A program made the position numbers and the translations under genes. From positions 8,461,286 through 8,525,285 of the forward strand of contig NC_057755.1 of the NCBI RefSeq assembly GCF_004010195.1: 64,000 bases of DNA, given 5' to 3'. The notes under the pieces are model-generated. The model saw only the letters and a list, made by a program, of their open reading frames with translations. It was not told where the DNA came from and made no database searches. Shown here piece after piece: positions 11,301 through 23,300 of the stretch; within the stretch, counting starts at the first letter, position 1; the number at the start of each line of letters is the position of its first letter. Origin of the DNA: Chiloscyllium plagiosum. Taxonomy: Eukaryota.

Positions 11301-14300
11301 GGCAGAAGATATAAAAGTTTGAAATCACTTAACAACAGATTCAAGAACAGCTTCTTTTCTACTATTGTCAGACTTTCAAACATACCTCTCATATATTAGA
11401 TTTGATCTCTCTCTGCATCTTCTCTGAAGCTGTAACACTATATTCTGGATTCTCTTCTATTCCCCTCCTGTTCTTACATAAGTAGTGATTTGCCTAGTCA
11501 GCACACAAAACAATACTTTTCAATGTATCTCGGTACATGTGACAACAATCGAATCAAATAAAGTAATTACAGGCCCGACCTACTCAAACTCTCCTCATAA
11601 GACTCTAATATTAAGGTTAAACCTTCTGTAGACTTCCTTGTGCCAGGACATCGTTGCTCAGATAAGGGGACCAAAACTGTTCACAAATTTAGCTGTGGTC
11701 CAATTAGTGCATTGCATTATTGTAGCAAGACCTCCTTAATGTTTAGGCTTCCTTCTCTTTGAAATAGCGGCCAACTTTCCATTTTCCTTCCCTATGACAC
11801 ACTGAAACTTTTCACCCGTGTTTTGTAATTCACGGACAAGCACTATCTTTGTTCTACACCTCTCAGAAGTCTTTCTCCATTTCAATAATAATCCACCCCT
11901 CTGTTCTCCGGCCAAACTACAAAACCTCACATTTATTTCCACATTGTATTTCTTCCGCCAATGTTTGTCCCACTCACTCATGCGAAAAATAAAAATTAGG
12001 GTTCGCGTTAGCTTGTCAAAGGCTTCCATTTTCTCCCATTGATCGTTCATTGTCACAGGAAAGTGAGTGGCATGGAAGACCCTCTGTTTCTCTTGTTACA
12101 GGTTGTATTTTACATTGCTCTAACACTGTAAATAATGCAACTGGGGGGTCTGATGAGTTCCTGCTCTCTTTGGGCCACAGAAAGTGGGAGTGATACAGCA
12201 AGTCCATCTCTACACTCCAAGTTTCACTGATTGTTGTTTTTTTTTGTGTGTGGCTGATTCCTAGATTGGAAATCTGTTTGGAGATCGACGGTCCACAGTG
12301 ATCACTTTGTACAATGGAGCCTTCGCTTCCTCATCCTGTGCATTTCTGCTCGTTAAAGTGAGTCATATGAGGACCAGTTAATACAGTCATAGAGTCAGGC
12401 AGATGTGCAGCACGGAAACAGACCCTTCTGTAAAAGTCGTCCATGCCAACCAGATATCTTAAATAGATCGAGTTACATTTGCCAGCACTGGACCATATCC
12501 CCTAAACCCTTCCTCTTCATATATCCATCCAAATGCCTTTCAAATGCTATAACTGAATGAAACAGGGATGATGATTCACACTGTAATCTGCTTTTTCTCA
12601 CCAAGCACATGAAGTGCTGTTTAACTTGAAAGAACGCAGAAAAGATATACAAGGGTGTTGCCAGGGTCAGAGGTTTTGAGCTGCAGGGAGAGGCTGAATG
12701 GGTTGGGACTGTTTTCCCTGTAATTTCAGAGGCTGAGGGGTGACTTTATAGAAGTTAAGAAAATCATTAGGGGAATGGATAGGGTCAATAATCAAGGTAT
12801 TTTTCCCTCAGGGTAGGGGAGTCCAAACCTAGAGGGCACAGATTTAAGGTGAGATTTAAAAGGTCCCTAAGGGCAACTTATTCATGCAGAGGGTCGGTGT
12901 TGGTACGGAATGAACTACCAGAGGAAATAGTGGAAGCATTTAAAAGGCATCTGGATGAGTATATGGATAGGAAGAGTTTCGAGCAATAAGGGCCAAATGC
13001 TGGCAAATGGGATTAGCTTAGTTTAGGATATCTGGTCGGCATGGACAAGTTGGACTGAACGGTCTACTGTATAACTCGAAAAGTAGGTCTGAATGTTGCA
13101 GAGAAACTTAATGGCCTGTTGTGTTAGTATCTAAGTTACTGGATCGAATTAGTGCCAGCCTGTCAGAAAGATGACCCTCAGCACTCTATCTGATACAGAA
13201 GGAGGGAATTAGGAATAAGGATACAGGGGTGCCGAGTGGGAGTGGGAATTGGTGCGAGTGTGGGGAGAGAAGACAGGAAGATAGCTGGACAAAGGAGGCG
13301 AGAGGAAGAGTGCGGAACCGCAAAGTTAAACACAAGGACAGCGTGTGAAGTAAAAAAAAACTGGGTACATTTCCGTTCAGTGAGAGGAAAGGAGAGGTAA
13401 ACAAGGTTGAAATGGAGAGAAACGGAAGACGAGGAAGACTGAATAGAGATGGCACATTATGCAAGGTTCGGGAGATGAGGAGGTTGAAAATATTTGAAGG
13501 CAGAGATAGTGAGGAAAGATCAGTAAGCAAGTATGAACAAATAAGGAGAGCATAGGAAGGAGCGTGGATTAGATTGGGGGTGGGGGTCAGAGAGTTGGGG
13601 AGGACGTTGGATTGAAGTGAGAGGCAGCGTGGGTACACATGTGGGAGAGATTGGTGAAGAGAAAGAGAGAATAACACAGTGGTTGGAGATGGGTCAAAGG
13701 TGAACAAGAAAGACGGGGTAACCTGAAATAGAGGATGGGTAATGTTGATGTGGTCAGTCAGGCGTGAGTGGATTTTAACTGCCTTCTCTTGCTTTATTTA
13801 TTTTCCCTCATAATCCCCTAGGTTTTGTACCAGGCTGGTTTCTCAGTGAGATCTATTTTCTTGTTCATCAGCTCAATGAGCATTGTCCACGTGCTGCGTG
13901 TCTTATTCCTCCTCCCCCGGAAAAATATCCCTTATCCTCTACCAGAGGATTACACATACGGGTAAGAAAGAGAGTGCGTTTAAATTAGAGGCTAGAATAA
14001 AATTGGGTGCTTGGGATTGGGGATTAATTGTAGAAATTGGAATATGTTAAACACTGGGAACGACAGGAGAAATGCATGTGGTTTACTAATACAATAATCG
14101 ATATCCAATCACAGTCATGTGTTTGACAACTATAATACCAGAGAGCCAAACATAGAACTGAAGTACTGGACGTAGTTTCCATTTATTTTAACTTGTACCA
14201 AGACTCAGTTATGGGGGGGGGGGGCAGGGGGGAGTCTATTTAATAGGCGAGTGGGATGGAATTTATGTGTTATGGGTTATGTGTGATACACTGGAATCTA

Positions 14301-17300
14301 ATCGAGGCTTCACCTGACTTGAATAAAGAATAACGGATACGCCAGAATGAAAAGTATGAGAGACTGAAAAACAATCAATGAAGTGGTATACAGTCCAGCA
14401 GATGAATTGGAGACTAAAATTACGTTGGGAGGTAGATTATGATCTCATCGACTAAAGCACACAAGAATGAGTTAAGTACTGGAATCAATAAGGGATATTG
14501 ACCATTGTGTGGGACGAACAATTACATGTTAAGTAATATATACAGAGAGGACTGGAGTATAAGGATACAGAGTTTATGCTGCAGTTATACAAACCTTGAT
14601 TAGACCCCACATGGAGCAATGTGAACAGATCTAGGCACTAAACCACAGGAAAGTTAAGCTGGCCTTGGAGGGAGTACACTGTAGGCTGATAGGAATAATA
14701 CGTAGAGTCTAAGGGTTAAGTTATGAGGAGAGATTGTACAAATTTGGTATGTTTTCACTGAAATTTGGAAGGTTAAGGTGTGATCTCCTTAAAGTCTTCA
14801 AGGGATTAACAAGGAAGATAAAGCTAAACTATTTCCACTGCTTGGAGATTTTGGAATGATAGCACAGTCAGATAATGAGGGCCAGCGCGTTCAGGAGAGA
14901 TGTTAGGAAGCACATTGAAAGGTTTGCAACTCTCTTCCACAAACAGCAGTGGATGTTGAATCAGTTGTTCAGGGAAAATCTGAGCTCGATCATTATTTTA
15001 GTTAAGCAAACATGTGAAGAGAATTGGGCCACAGGCAAGTTTTTGGACTGAGGCCAAAAATCAGCCATGGTTCCACTGAATGGTGGAACAGGCCCCAGGG
15101 GCTGAATGGCCTCCTCCTGTTCCTATGTTTATAATTTCTATCCAGAATAGATTTGCAGACTTTAAACGGCGTGTCCAGATTGGGGGCAGATTTCCAAAGT
15201 TTCGAAACATGCCAGAATATAATCACTGAATTCCTGTCTGGTATCTAAGTAAGGAGCTGGGAAACACAATGGAGTTAAAAAGTTTTTGGAAATGAATGCC
15301 ATCCTGGGATATGTTTGTTTGTTAAATATCCGATGTCAATTCCATGTTGTAATGAAGACAAAGTGCACCAGTGGCAGGTAACGGGCTACCTTCTAATCAC
15401 AAGGTTTGGGCTGGTTATGTCAGTAACTGACGTTCACAGTTTCAAAGATTGTCAGCGAGGGAGCTTGGAGAGACATGAGAAGAAGCTTCTTTACTCAGAG
15501 AGTGGGAGGGTGATGTCTGGGAGAGTGGTGGAGGCAGATTCCGTAGGAGGGCTTAACAGAGAGTTGGATATACAGTTGAACTACCAGAGGAAGTAGTGGA
15601 GGCTGTTACAAATACATCATTTAAAAAGCATCGGGATGCGTATATGAATATGAAGGGTTTAGATGGATATGGGCCAAGTGCTGACAAATTGGACAAGATT
15701 AGGTTAGGATATTTGTTCGAAATGGACAAGTTGGACTGAAGGGTTTCCATGCTGTGCATCTCTATGACTCTAAACTAAAGACACACAGCAAATGCTGGTC
15801 TCTCCACTCACAACCACATCCTTAAAAGTAATATTTATCGGAGCATAGATAGAAAAAAATTAGATACTGTATAAATTTTCGTCCTCAGATATTCCAGATA
15901 TCACTTCTAGATAACAAATGCTGAGTATTTTTATAGATTTAGCGTAGAATCTGATGTAAGGCCTACATTAAAAATTACAATACTTTAAAGTGCACTTATA
16001 GTCGAAATGCATTCAAAGCTCTTGCTTATTCACATCTCACTAACAGATATTTCACTATAGTCCCATATGGATGCTTCATTGTTTAAGACAGACAACTGGT
16101 GGCAGTAAGACAGTAAGTATTTCCATGGTCATTGAACCTGAAATTATTTTTTCTTTTCACAAATACTGCCAGACCCGCTGAGTTCCTCCTGCTCTTACTA
16201 TGTTTGTTTGCCTCAGATCCCTGGTTCATATTTTTCTTTCATTCTCATAGCAATCTCAGCTAGTGCATACATTGATCCTGCAGTCTTGACATCATTCTGT
16301 ACCACAAAGATGTTGCCCAGCCATCTGATCTATCTGACCCCTAAAATGCATTGGTTGCATAGGTGATCATTTTCCAACGTTCTATAGATTCAGGATTAGT
16401 TCCTGCGGATTTGAGGATGGCTAATGTTGTCCCACTTTTTAAGAAAGGAGGGAGAGAGAAAACAGAGAATTATAGACCAATTAGTCTGACCTCAATGGTG
16501 GGAAAAATGCTGGAGTCAATTATAAGGGACGAAATTACGACACATCTGGATAGCAGTAACAGGATAGGTCAGAGTCAGCATGGATTTATGAAGGGGAAAT
16601 CATGCTTGACTAATCTTCTTGAATTTTTTGAGGATGTAACTCTGAAGATGGACAAGGGAGATCCAGTGGATGTAGTATACCTTTGAAAGCCTTTGATAAA
16701 GTCCCACATAGGACGTTAGTGAGCAAAATTAGGGCACATGGTATTGGGGCAAAATACTGACATGGATTGAAAATTGGTTGGCTGACAGGAAACAAAGAGT
16801 AGTGATAAACGGCTCCCTTTCGGAATGGCAGGCAGTGACCAGTGGTGTGCAGGAGGAATCAGTGCTGGGACTGAAGCTTTTTACAATGTACATTAATGAT
16901 ATAGATGAAGGTATTAAAAGTAATATTTGCAAATTTGCTAATAACACAAAGCTGGGTGGCAGGGTGAAACGTAAAGAGGATGTTAGGAGACTACAGGGTA
17001 ACCTGGACAGGCTCGGTGAGTGGACAGATACATGACAGATGCAGTTTAATGTGGATAAATGTGTGGTTATCCACTTTGGTGGCGAGAACAGAAGGCAGAT
17101 TACTACCTAAATGGAGTCAAGGTAGGTAAAGGGGCAGTGTTCTTGTACATCAGTCAATGAAGGCAAGCATGCAGGTACAGCAGGTAGTGAAGAAAGCTAA
17201 TAGAATTCTGGCCTTCAAAACAAAAGGAATTGAGTATAGCAGCAAAGAGATCCTTCTGCAGCTGTACAGGGACTTGGTGAGACGATACCTGGAATATTGT

Positions 17301-20300
17301 GCGCAGTTTTGGTTTCCAAATTTGAGGAAAGACCTTCTGGCTACTGAGGGAGTGTAGCGTAAGTTCACGAGGTCAATTCCCGGAATGGCGGGACTAGATT
17401 ACTTTACAGTGTAGATACAGGGCCTCGGGCCAACAAGTCCACACCGACCCGCCGAAGTGCAAACCACCCATACCCCTACATTTACCCCTTACCTAACACT
17501 ACGGACAATTTAGCATGGCCAATTCACCTGACCTGCACATCTTTGGACTGTGGGAGGAAACCGGAGCACCCGGAGGAAACCCACGTAAACACAGGAAGAA
17601 TGTGCAACCTCCACACAGTCAGTCGCCTGAGGCGGGAATTGAACCCGGGTCTCTGGCGCTGTGAGGCAGCAGTGCTAACCACTGTGCCACCGTGCCGCCC
17701 ATGTACTATCTTATGCTGAAAGATTGGAGTGACTGCACTTGTATACACTTGAGTTTAGAAGGCTGAGAGGGAATCTGATTGAGACGAATAAGATTATTAA
17801 AAGATTGGACACTCTCGAGGCAGGAAACATGTTTCCACTGATGGGTGAGTGCCAAACCAGTTTAAAAATAAAGGATAGGCCACTTAGAACAGAGTTGAGG
17901 AGAAACATCTTCACCCAGAGAGTGTTGGGTATATCGAATGTTCTGCCCCGGAAGGCTGTGGAGGCCATGTCTCTGGATACTTTCAAGAAAGAGTTGGCTA
18001 GAGCTCTTAAGGATAGTGGAATCAAGGGTTATGGGGATAAGGCAGGAACAGGATACTGATTGAGGATGATCAGCCATGATCATAATGAATGGTGGTGCTG
18101 GCTCGAAGGTCAGAATAGCCTACTCCTGCACCTATAGTCTGTTGTCTATTGAAATGGCAACTAGTTTGCAATATATGATTGGCTAGGATCTATCGGTGTA
18201 TGTGCACATATGTGCTGTGGGTGGTGGTCATCTCGGAATCCAGGTCGAGAAGGAATGTTTCAGTGTGACAGTACCTGTGCACAGTTATTAAATAGCAATA
18301 ATCTAAAATTAGAGGCATCAATGAGAGAGATCCAGACTGGATGGTAACTGACATTTTCTGGGCATTTACAAATCCCAAGAAAGAAACACAAGAGTTAATT
18401 TAGACCGAAATGATAGATATAATAATAGCCTAAAATGAAAATGACATAAGTGGAAGAGTTGATTTTCGATCAAAATGCAAGAGCTAATTTCAAGCTGTAA
18501 AGGGTTGATTTCAGACTGCCATGGAAGAGTTAAAGTTGGTTGAGAAGAGTTCATGTCACAGTGAAATGAAAGAATTAATTTCAGACCAAATTGCAAAAGA
18601 TGATTTTACACTGAAATCAACTCTTTAATTTCAGTGTAAAATTATCTTTTGCATTTTGGTCTGAAATTAATTCTTTCATTTCATTATTTTATTTCATTTC
18701 AATTAAAGAGTTAATTTCAGACCGAGATGTAATTAACAAGTGATTTACAGGCACGTAATCAGACTGAATATGCTGTGTTGCTGTATGAATTGCATAACAA
18801 ATCATCAAGAATTTCATGTGGATTATAAATAGAATGGTTTGAGATTTTTAAGTACATGTAGAGCAATTTAACTAAGGATGTCAACTGATGTTTGTAAAAA
18901 ATAACAAAGAAGTTGTCCAGCCATCTGAGGTAACTGACCCCCTAAAAAGCAACTAGTTAGTTGTCTAATAGTTGCAGCACTGGGTGCAATAACAGATTAT
19001 TGTGTTGTGGATGCAACCTACAATGTAGAGCTGAGTGGAAAGTTCTGCCATATTTGCATAAAGAATGTAACAATGTGACGTCGTTTAAAATCAATTTGAA
19101 AGTTGAGCTGGTTTGTTTAGATTCATGAGCAGGAGCCACAAAACTATCAACGATTCTCAGAATCGAAACAGAAAAATCTGGTTCACTTGTTTACTTCAGG
19201 GAAGGGAATCTGCAATCCTTTTCCCAAACAGTCAAAAAGCTGACTCTACTCCCAGAGAACTGTGGCCGGCTTTCAACATCGAGTTTTATAACTTCAGATC
19301 AAGAACACTTCACTCCAAGTCTACTCCCAACCCTACACTCCAGGTCTTCGCTTGAGACACAGCCAACCCCATTCCAACTGCTCATAGTCTCCATTATCAC
19401 TTCTCTTCCTTCTCTAAGAAGGGTCCCTGGACTTGAGATTTTAACTCTGCTTTCTCGCCACATGTACTGCCAGTTCTGATAACATCTCAGCAATTTCTGT
19501 TTTAGCTTCTCTGCTGCCCTGGCTTACCATCGTCAGTTCCTTTGTCTGCCCACATACTCTCTCTCTCGCCTCTCCCCCATCTGCTCATTCCTTTCAACCT
19601 GCTATTCCCCCATCATCAGCATAAGTACCATCTTTATTTGGCTGCTATGATTTCTGAAGACATTCACACGACACGAAGTGTTTGCTCTTTTTCTCTCTCC
19701 CCATTGACGCTGCCAGACCTGCTGAGTTTCTCAGGCAATTTCTGTTGTTGTTTGTTTCAGATCTCCAGTATCTGCAGTCCTTGGTTTGATTTTGGTTAAT
19801 CCTTGATTGCTGTCTGAAATAACCGAGCAAGTCATTCAATATCAAGTATCCCTTACAAACCACTAGAATCAATACATATTAGAGTCTTTATAATTAATTT
19901 AGTCAGAACTCTAGTCCTCGGTCATTCAGAAATGGTTTCTAGAAAAGCAACAAAAAGATTTTAACTGCAGAATAGTTTGTAAGTTAAAGATCCTGTGTGA
20001 AGAAAAACAGGCTCTTTGATGAGAGTCAATGGCTGAAAACCAACCGAGTGTTGTGTTTGTGTTAGAATAACTGATACCAAGCAATGATTACACGCTCAAT
20101 TCTATCAAGGGTCATGTGTGTGGAGCGGATTTGTGTACACGTGTCTATGTACATGTGTGTATACGTGTGATTGTGCACATGCTCGTGTGCATGTACGTTT
20201 GGGTATGTGTATATTTGTGTGTGTATGGTGTGTGTGCTCCCGTGCGTGTGTGTGTATGTGCAGTGAGGAAGGACAGCGATGTGTAGGTGGGACAGTATAC

Positions 20301-23300
20301 ATTGGTGGAGGGAGATGTGCATTTGAATGCTGGCTTGAGTAGGGATAATAGTTACTGAAAAGAGATTATAAGCATCTGGGATGAGTTAAGTAGCTGGGGA
20401 TTTCGAGTTGTGCCTTAATTTCCAGTGGATAGTCATAATCTGGGAACTATATTTCCAGATGTTTAGCTAGTTGTGTGATTTCCTGATGGAATAATAGAAA
20501 CTCTCCTGATGGAGAGGGATAAGTGTGCACTACAGGGCAAGAGTTATAGCTGGGGGCAGGGAAATTATGATGCGGTGAGGCATGACTTAGGATGTGTGGC
20601 TTGGAAAAGGAAGCTTCAAGGCAAGGGCGTAATTGATATGTGGGGCTTGTTCAAGGAGCAACTATTGAGTGTCCTTGATAAGTATGTACCCGTCAGGCAG
20701 GGAGGAAAGGGTCGTGTGAGGGAGCCGTGGTTTAATAAGGAATTGGAATCCCTTGTTAAATGGAAGAGGGCGGCCTATGTAAAGATGAGGCATGAAGGTT
20801 TAATTGGGGCTCTTGAGAGTTATAAGGTAGCCAGGAAGGACCTGAAGAGAGAGCTAAGAGCAGCAAGGAGGGGACATGAAAGATCCTTACTTGGTAGGAT
20901 TAGGGAAAACCCTAAGGCTTTCTATAGGTATGTCAGGAATAAAAGAATGACTAGGGTAGGAATAGATCCAGATTCTGGATCAGTGGTGCTGGAAGAGCAC
21001 ATGCTCTTCCAGCACCACTGATCCAGAATCTGGTTTCCAGCATCTGCAGTCATTGTTTTTACCTCTTAGGAATAGGTCCAGTCAAGGATAGTAGTGGGAA
21101 GTTGCGTGTGGAGGCTGAAGAGATTGGGGAGATACTGAATGAATACTTTTCGTCAGTATTCAGTCAGGAACAGGACATTGTTGTCAATGTGAATACTGAG
21201 TCACAATTAAGTAGAATGGATGGCTTCGAGGTATGTAGAGAAGAGGTGTTGGAAATTATGGAAAGGGTGAAAATAGATAAGTCCCCTGGGCCTGATGGCA
21301 TTTATCCTAGGATTCTCTGGGAAGCAAGGAAGGAGATTGCAGAGCCATTGGCCTTAATTTTTATGTCCTCGTTGTCTACAGGAATAGTGCCAGAAGACTG
21401 GAGGATAGCAAATGTGGTCCCCTTGTTCAAAAAGGGGAGTAGGGATAACCCTAGTAACTATAGGCCAGTGAGTCTCACTTCTGTTGTGGGCAAAGTCTTA
21501 GAGAGAATTGTAAGGGATAGGATTTATGAACATCTGGATAGGAATAATGTGATCAAGGATAGTCAGCATGGTTTTGTGAAGGGCAAGTCGTGCCTCACAA
21601 ACCTTATTGAATTCTTTGAAAAGGTGACGAAGGAGGTGGACGAGGGGAAAGCAGTAGATGAGGTGTATATGGATTTTAGTAAGGCGTCTGATAAGGTTCC
21701 CCATGGTAGGCTACTGCAGAAAATACGGAGATATGGCATTGAGGGTGAGTTGGAGGTTTGGACTAGGAATTGGCTGGATGGAAGAAGACAGAAGGTAGTA
21801 GTTGATGGCAAAGNNNNNNNNNNNNNNNNNNNNNNNNNNNNNNNNNNNNNNNNNNNNNNNNNNNNNNNNNNNNNNNNNNNNNNNNNNNNNNNNNNNNNNN
21901 NNNNNNNNNNNNNNNNNNNNNNNNNNNNNNNNNNNNNNNNNNNNNNNNNNNNNNNNNNNNNNNNNNNNNNNNNNNNNNNNNNNNNNNNNNNNNNNNNNNN
22001 NNNNNNNNNNNNNNNNNNNNNNNNNNNNNNNNNNNNNNNNNNNNNNNNNNNNNNNNNNNNNNNNNNNNNNNNNNNNNNNNNNNNNNNNNNNNNNNNNNNN
22101 NNNNNNNNNNNNNNNNNNNNNNNNNNNNNNNNNNNNNNNNNNNNNNNNNNNNNNNNNNNNNNNNNNNNNNNNNNNNNNNNNNNNNNNNNNNNNNNNNNNN
22201 NNNNNNNNNNNNNNNNNNNNNNNNNNNNNNNNNNNNNNNNNNNNNNNNNNNNNNNNNNNNNNNNNNNNNNNNNNNNNNNNNNNNNNNNNNNNNNNNNNNN
22301 NNNNNNNNNNNNNNNNNNNNNNNNNNNNNNNNNNNNNNNNNNNNNNNNNNNNNNNNNNNNNNNNNNNNNNNNNNNNNNNNNNNNNNNNNNNNNNNNNNNN
22401 NNNNNNNNNNNNNNNNNNNNNNNNNNNNNNNNNNNNNNNNNNNNNNNNNNNNNNNNNNNNNNNNNNNNNNNNNNNNNNNNNNNNNNNNNNNNNNNNNNNN
22501 NNNNNNNNNNNNNNNNNNNNNNNNNNNNNNNNNNNNNNNNNNNNNNNNNNNNNNNNNNNNNNNNNNNNNNNNNNNNNNNNNNNNNNNNNNNNNNNNNNNN
22601 NNNNNNNNNNNNNNNNNNNNNNNNNNNNNNNNNNNNNNNNNNNNNNNNNNNNNTCGTATGAGGAGAGGCTGAGGCACTTGGGGTTGTTTTCATTGGAGAA
22701 AAGAAGGTTTAGGGGTGACTTGATAGAGGTGTACAAGATGATTAGGGGTTTAGATAGGGTCAACAGTGAGAATCTTTTTCCACGTATGGAGTCAGCTATT
22801 ACAAGTGGGCATAGCTTTAAATTAAGGGGGTTAGGTATAGGACAGATGTTAGGGGTAGGTTCTTTACTCAGCGAGTCGTGAGTTCGTGGAATGCCCTGCC
22901 AGTAGCAGTGGTGGGCTCTCCCTCATTATGGGCATTTAAGCGGGCATTGGATAGGCATATGGAGGATAGTGGGCTAGTGTAGGTTAGGTGGGCTTGGATT
23001 GGCACAACATCGAGGGCCAATGGGCCTGTACTGCGCTGTATTCTTCTATGTTCTATGTTCTATGTTCTAAACTGGTGTTAGGTAGAGGATAGAATCCACT
23101 TCAAGGTGCGTGTAATTTGTACAAAAGACATACCAATATTTAAGATTTAGGTAGATCCTGAAATCAACCCGGGGTTCAAGCAGCTGGGATTTATATAGAA
23201 GTGAGTACCAAGCTGGAACCTGGGCGAGGCTTTGTCTGTTGGATAACAGCTCGGTGCAGGATTAGGCCATTCAGGCCCTTTTGTCTGCTTTGCCATTCAA

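Larger units (their letters stand above)
20509..23070 (+). mobile_element. Young 5'-truncated CR1 LINE ORF2 to (TTCTATG)n tail, spanning an N gap, disrupted by one small insertion
   Basis: Long open RT frame ([33 protein letters not shown]); 3' part very similar to 49190-49600. Confidence 0.95.

Noticed and set aside
17630..17700. tRNA-like A/B boxes
   Set aside because: Head of an HE1-type SINE, not a tRNA gene; the same applies to the other SINE heads.
21563..22881. Long ORFs of 300-519 aa in the ORF track
   Set aside because: They read through the 840-N gap; only the CR1 RT part is real.
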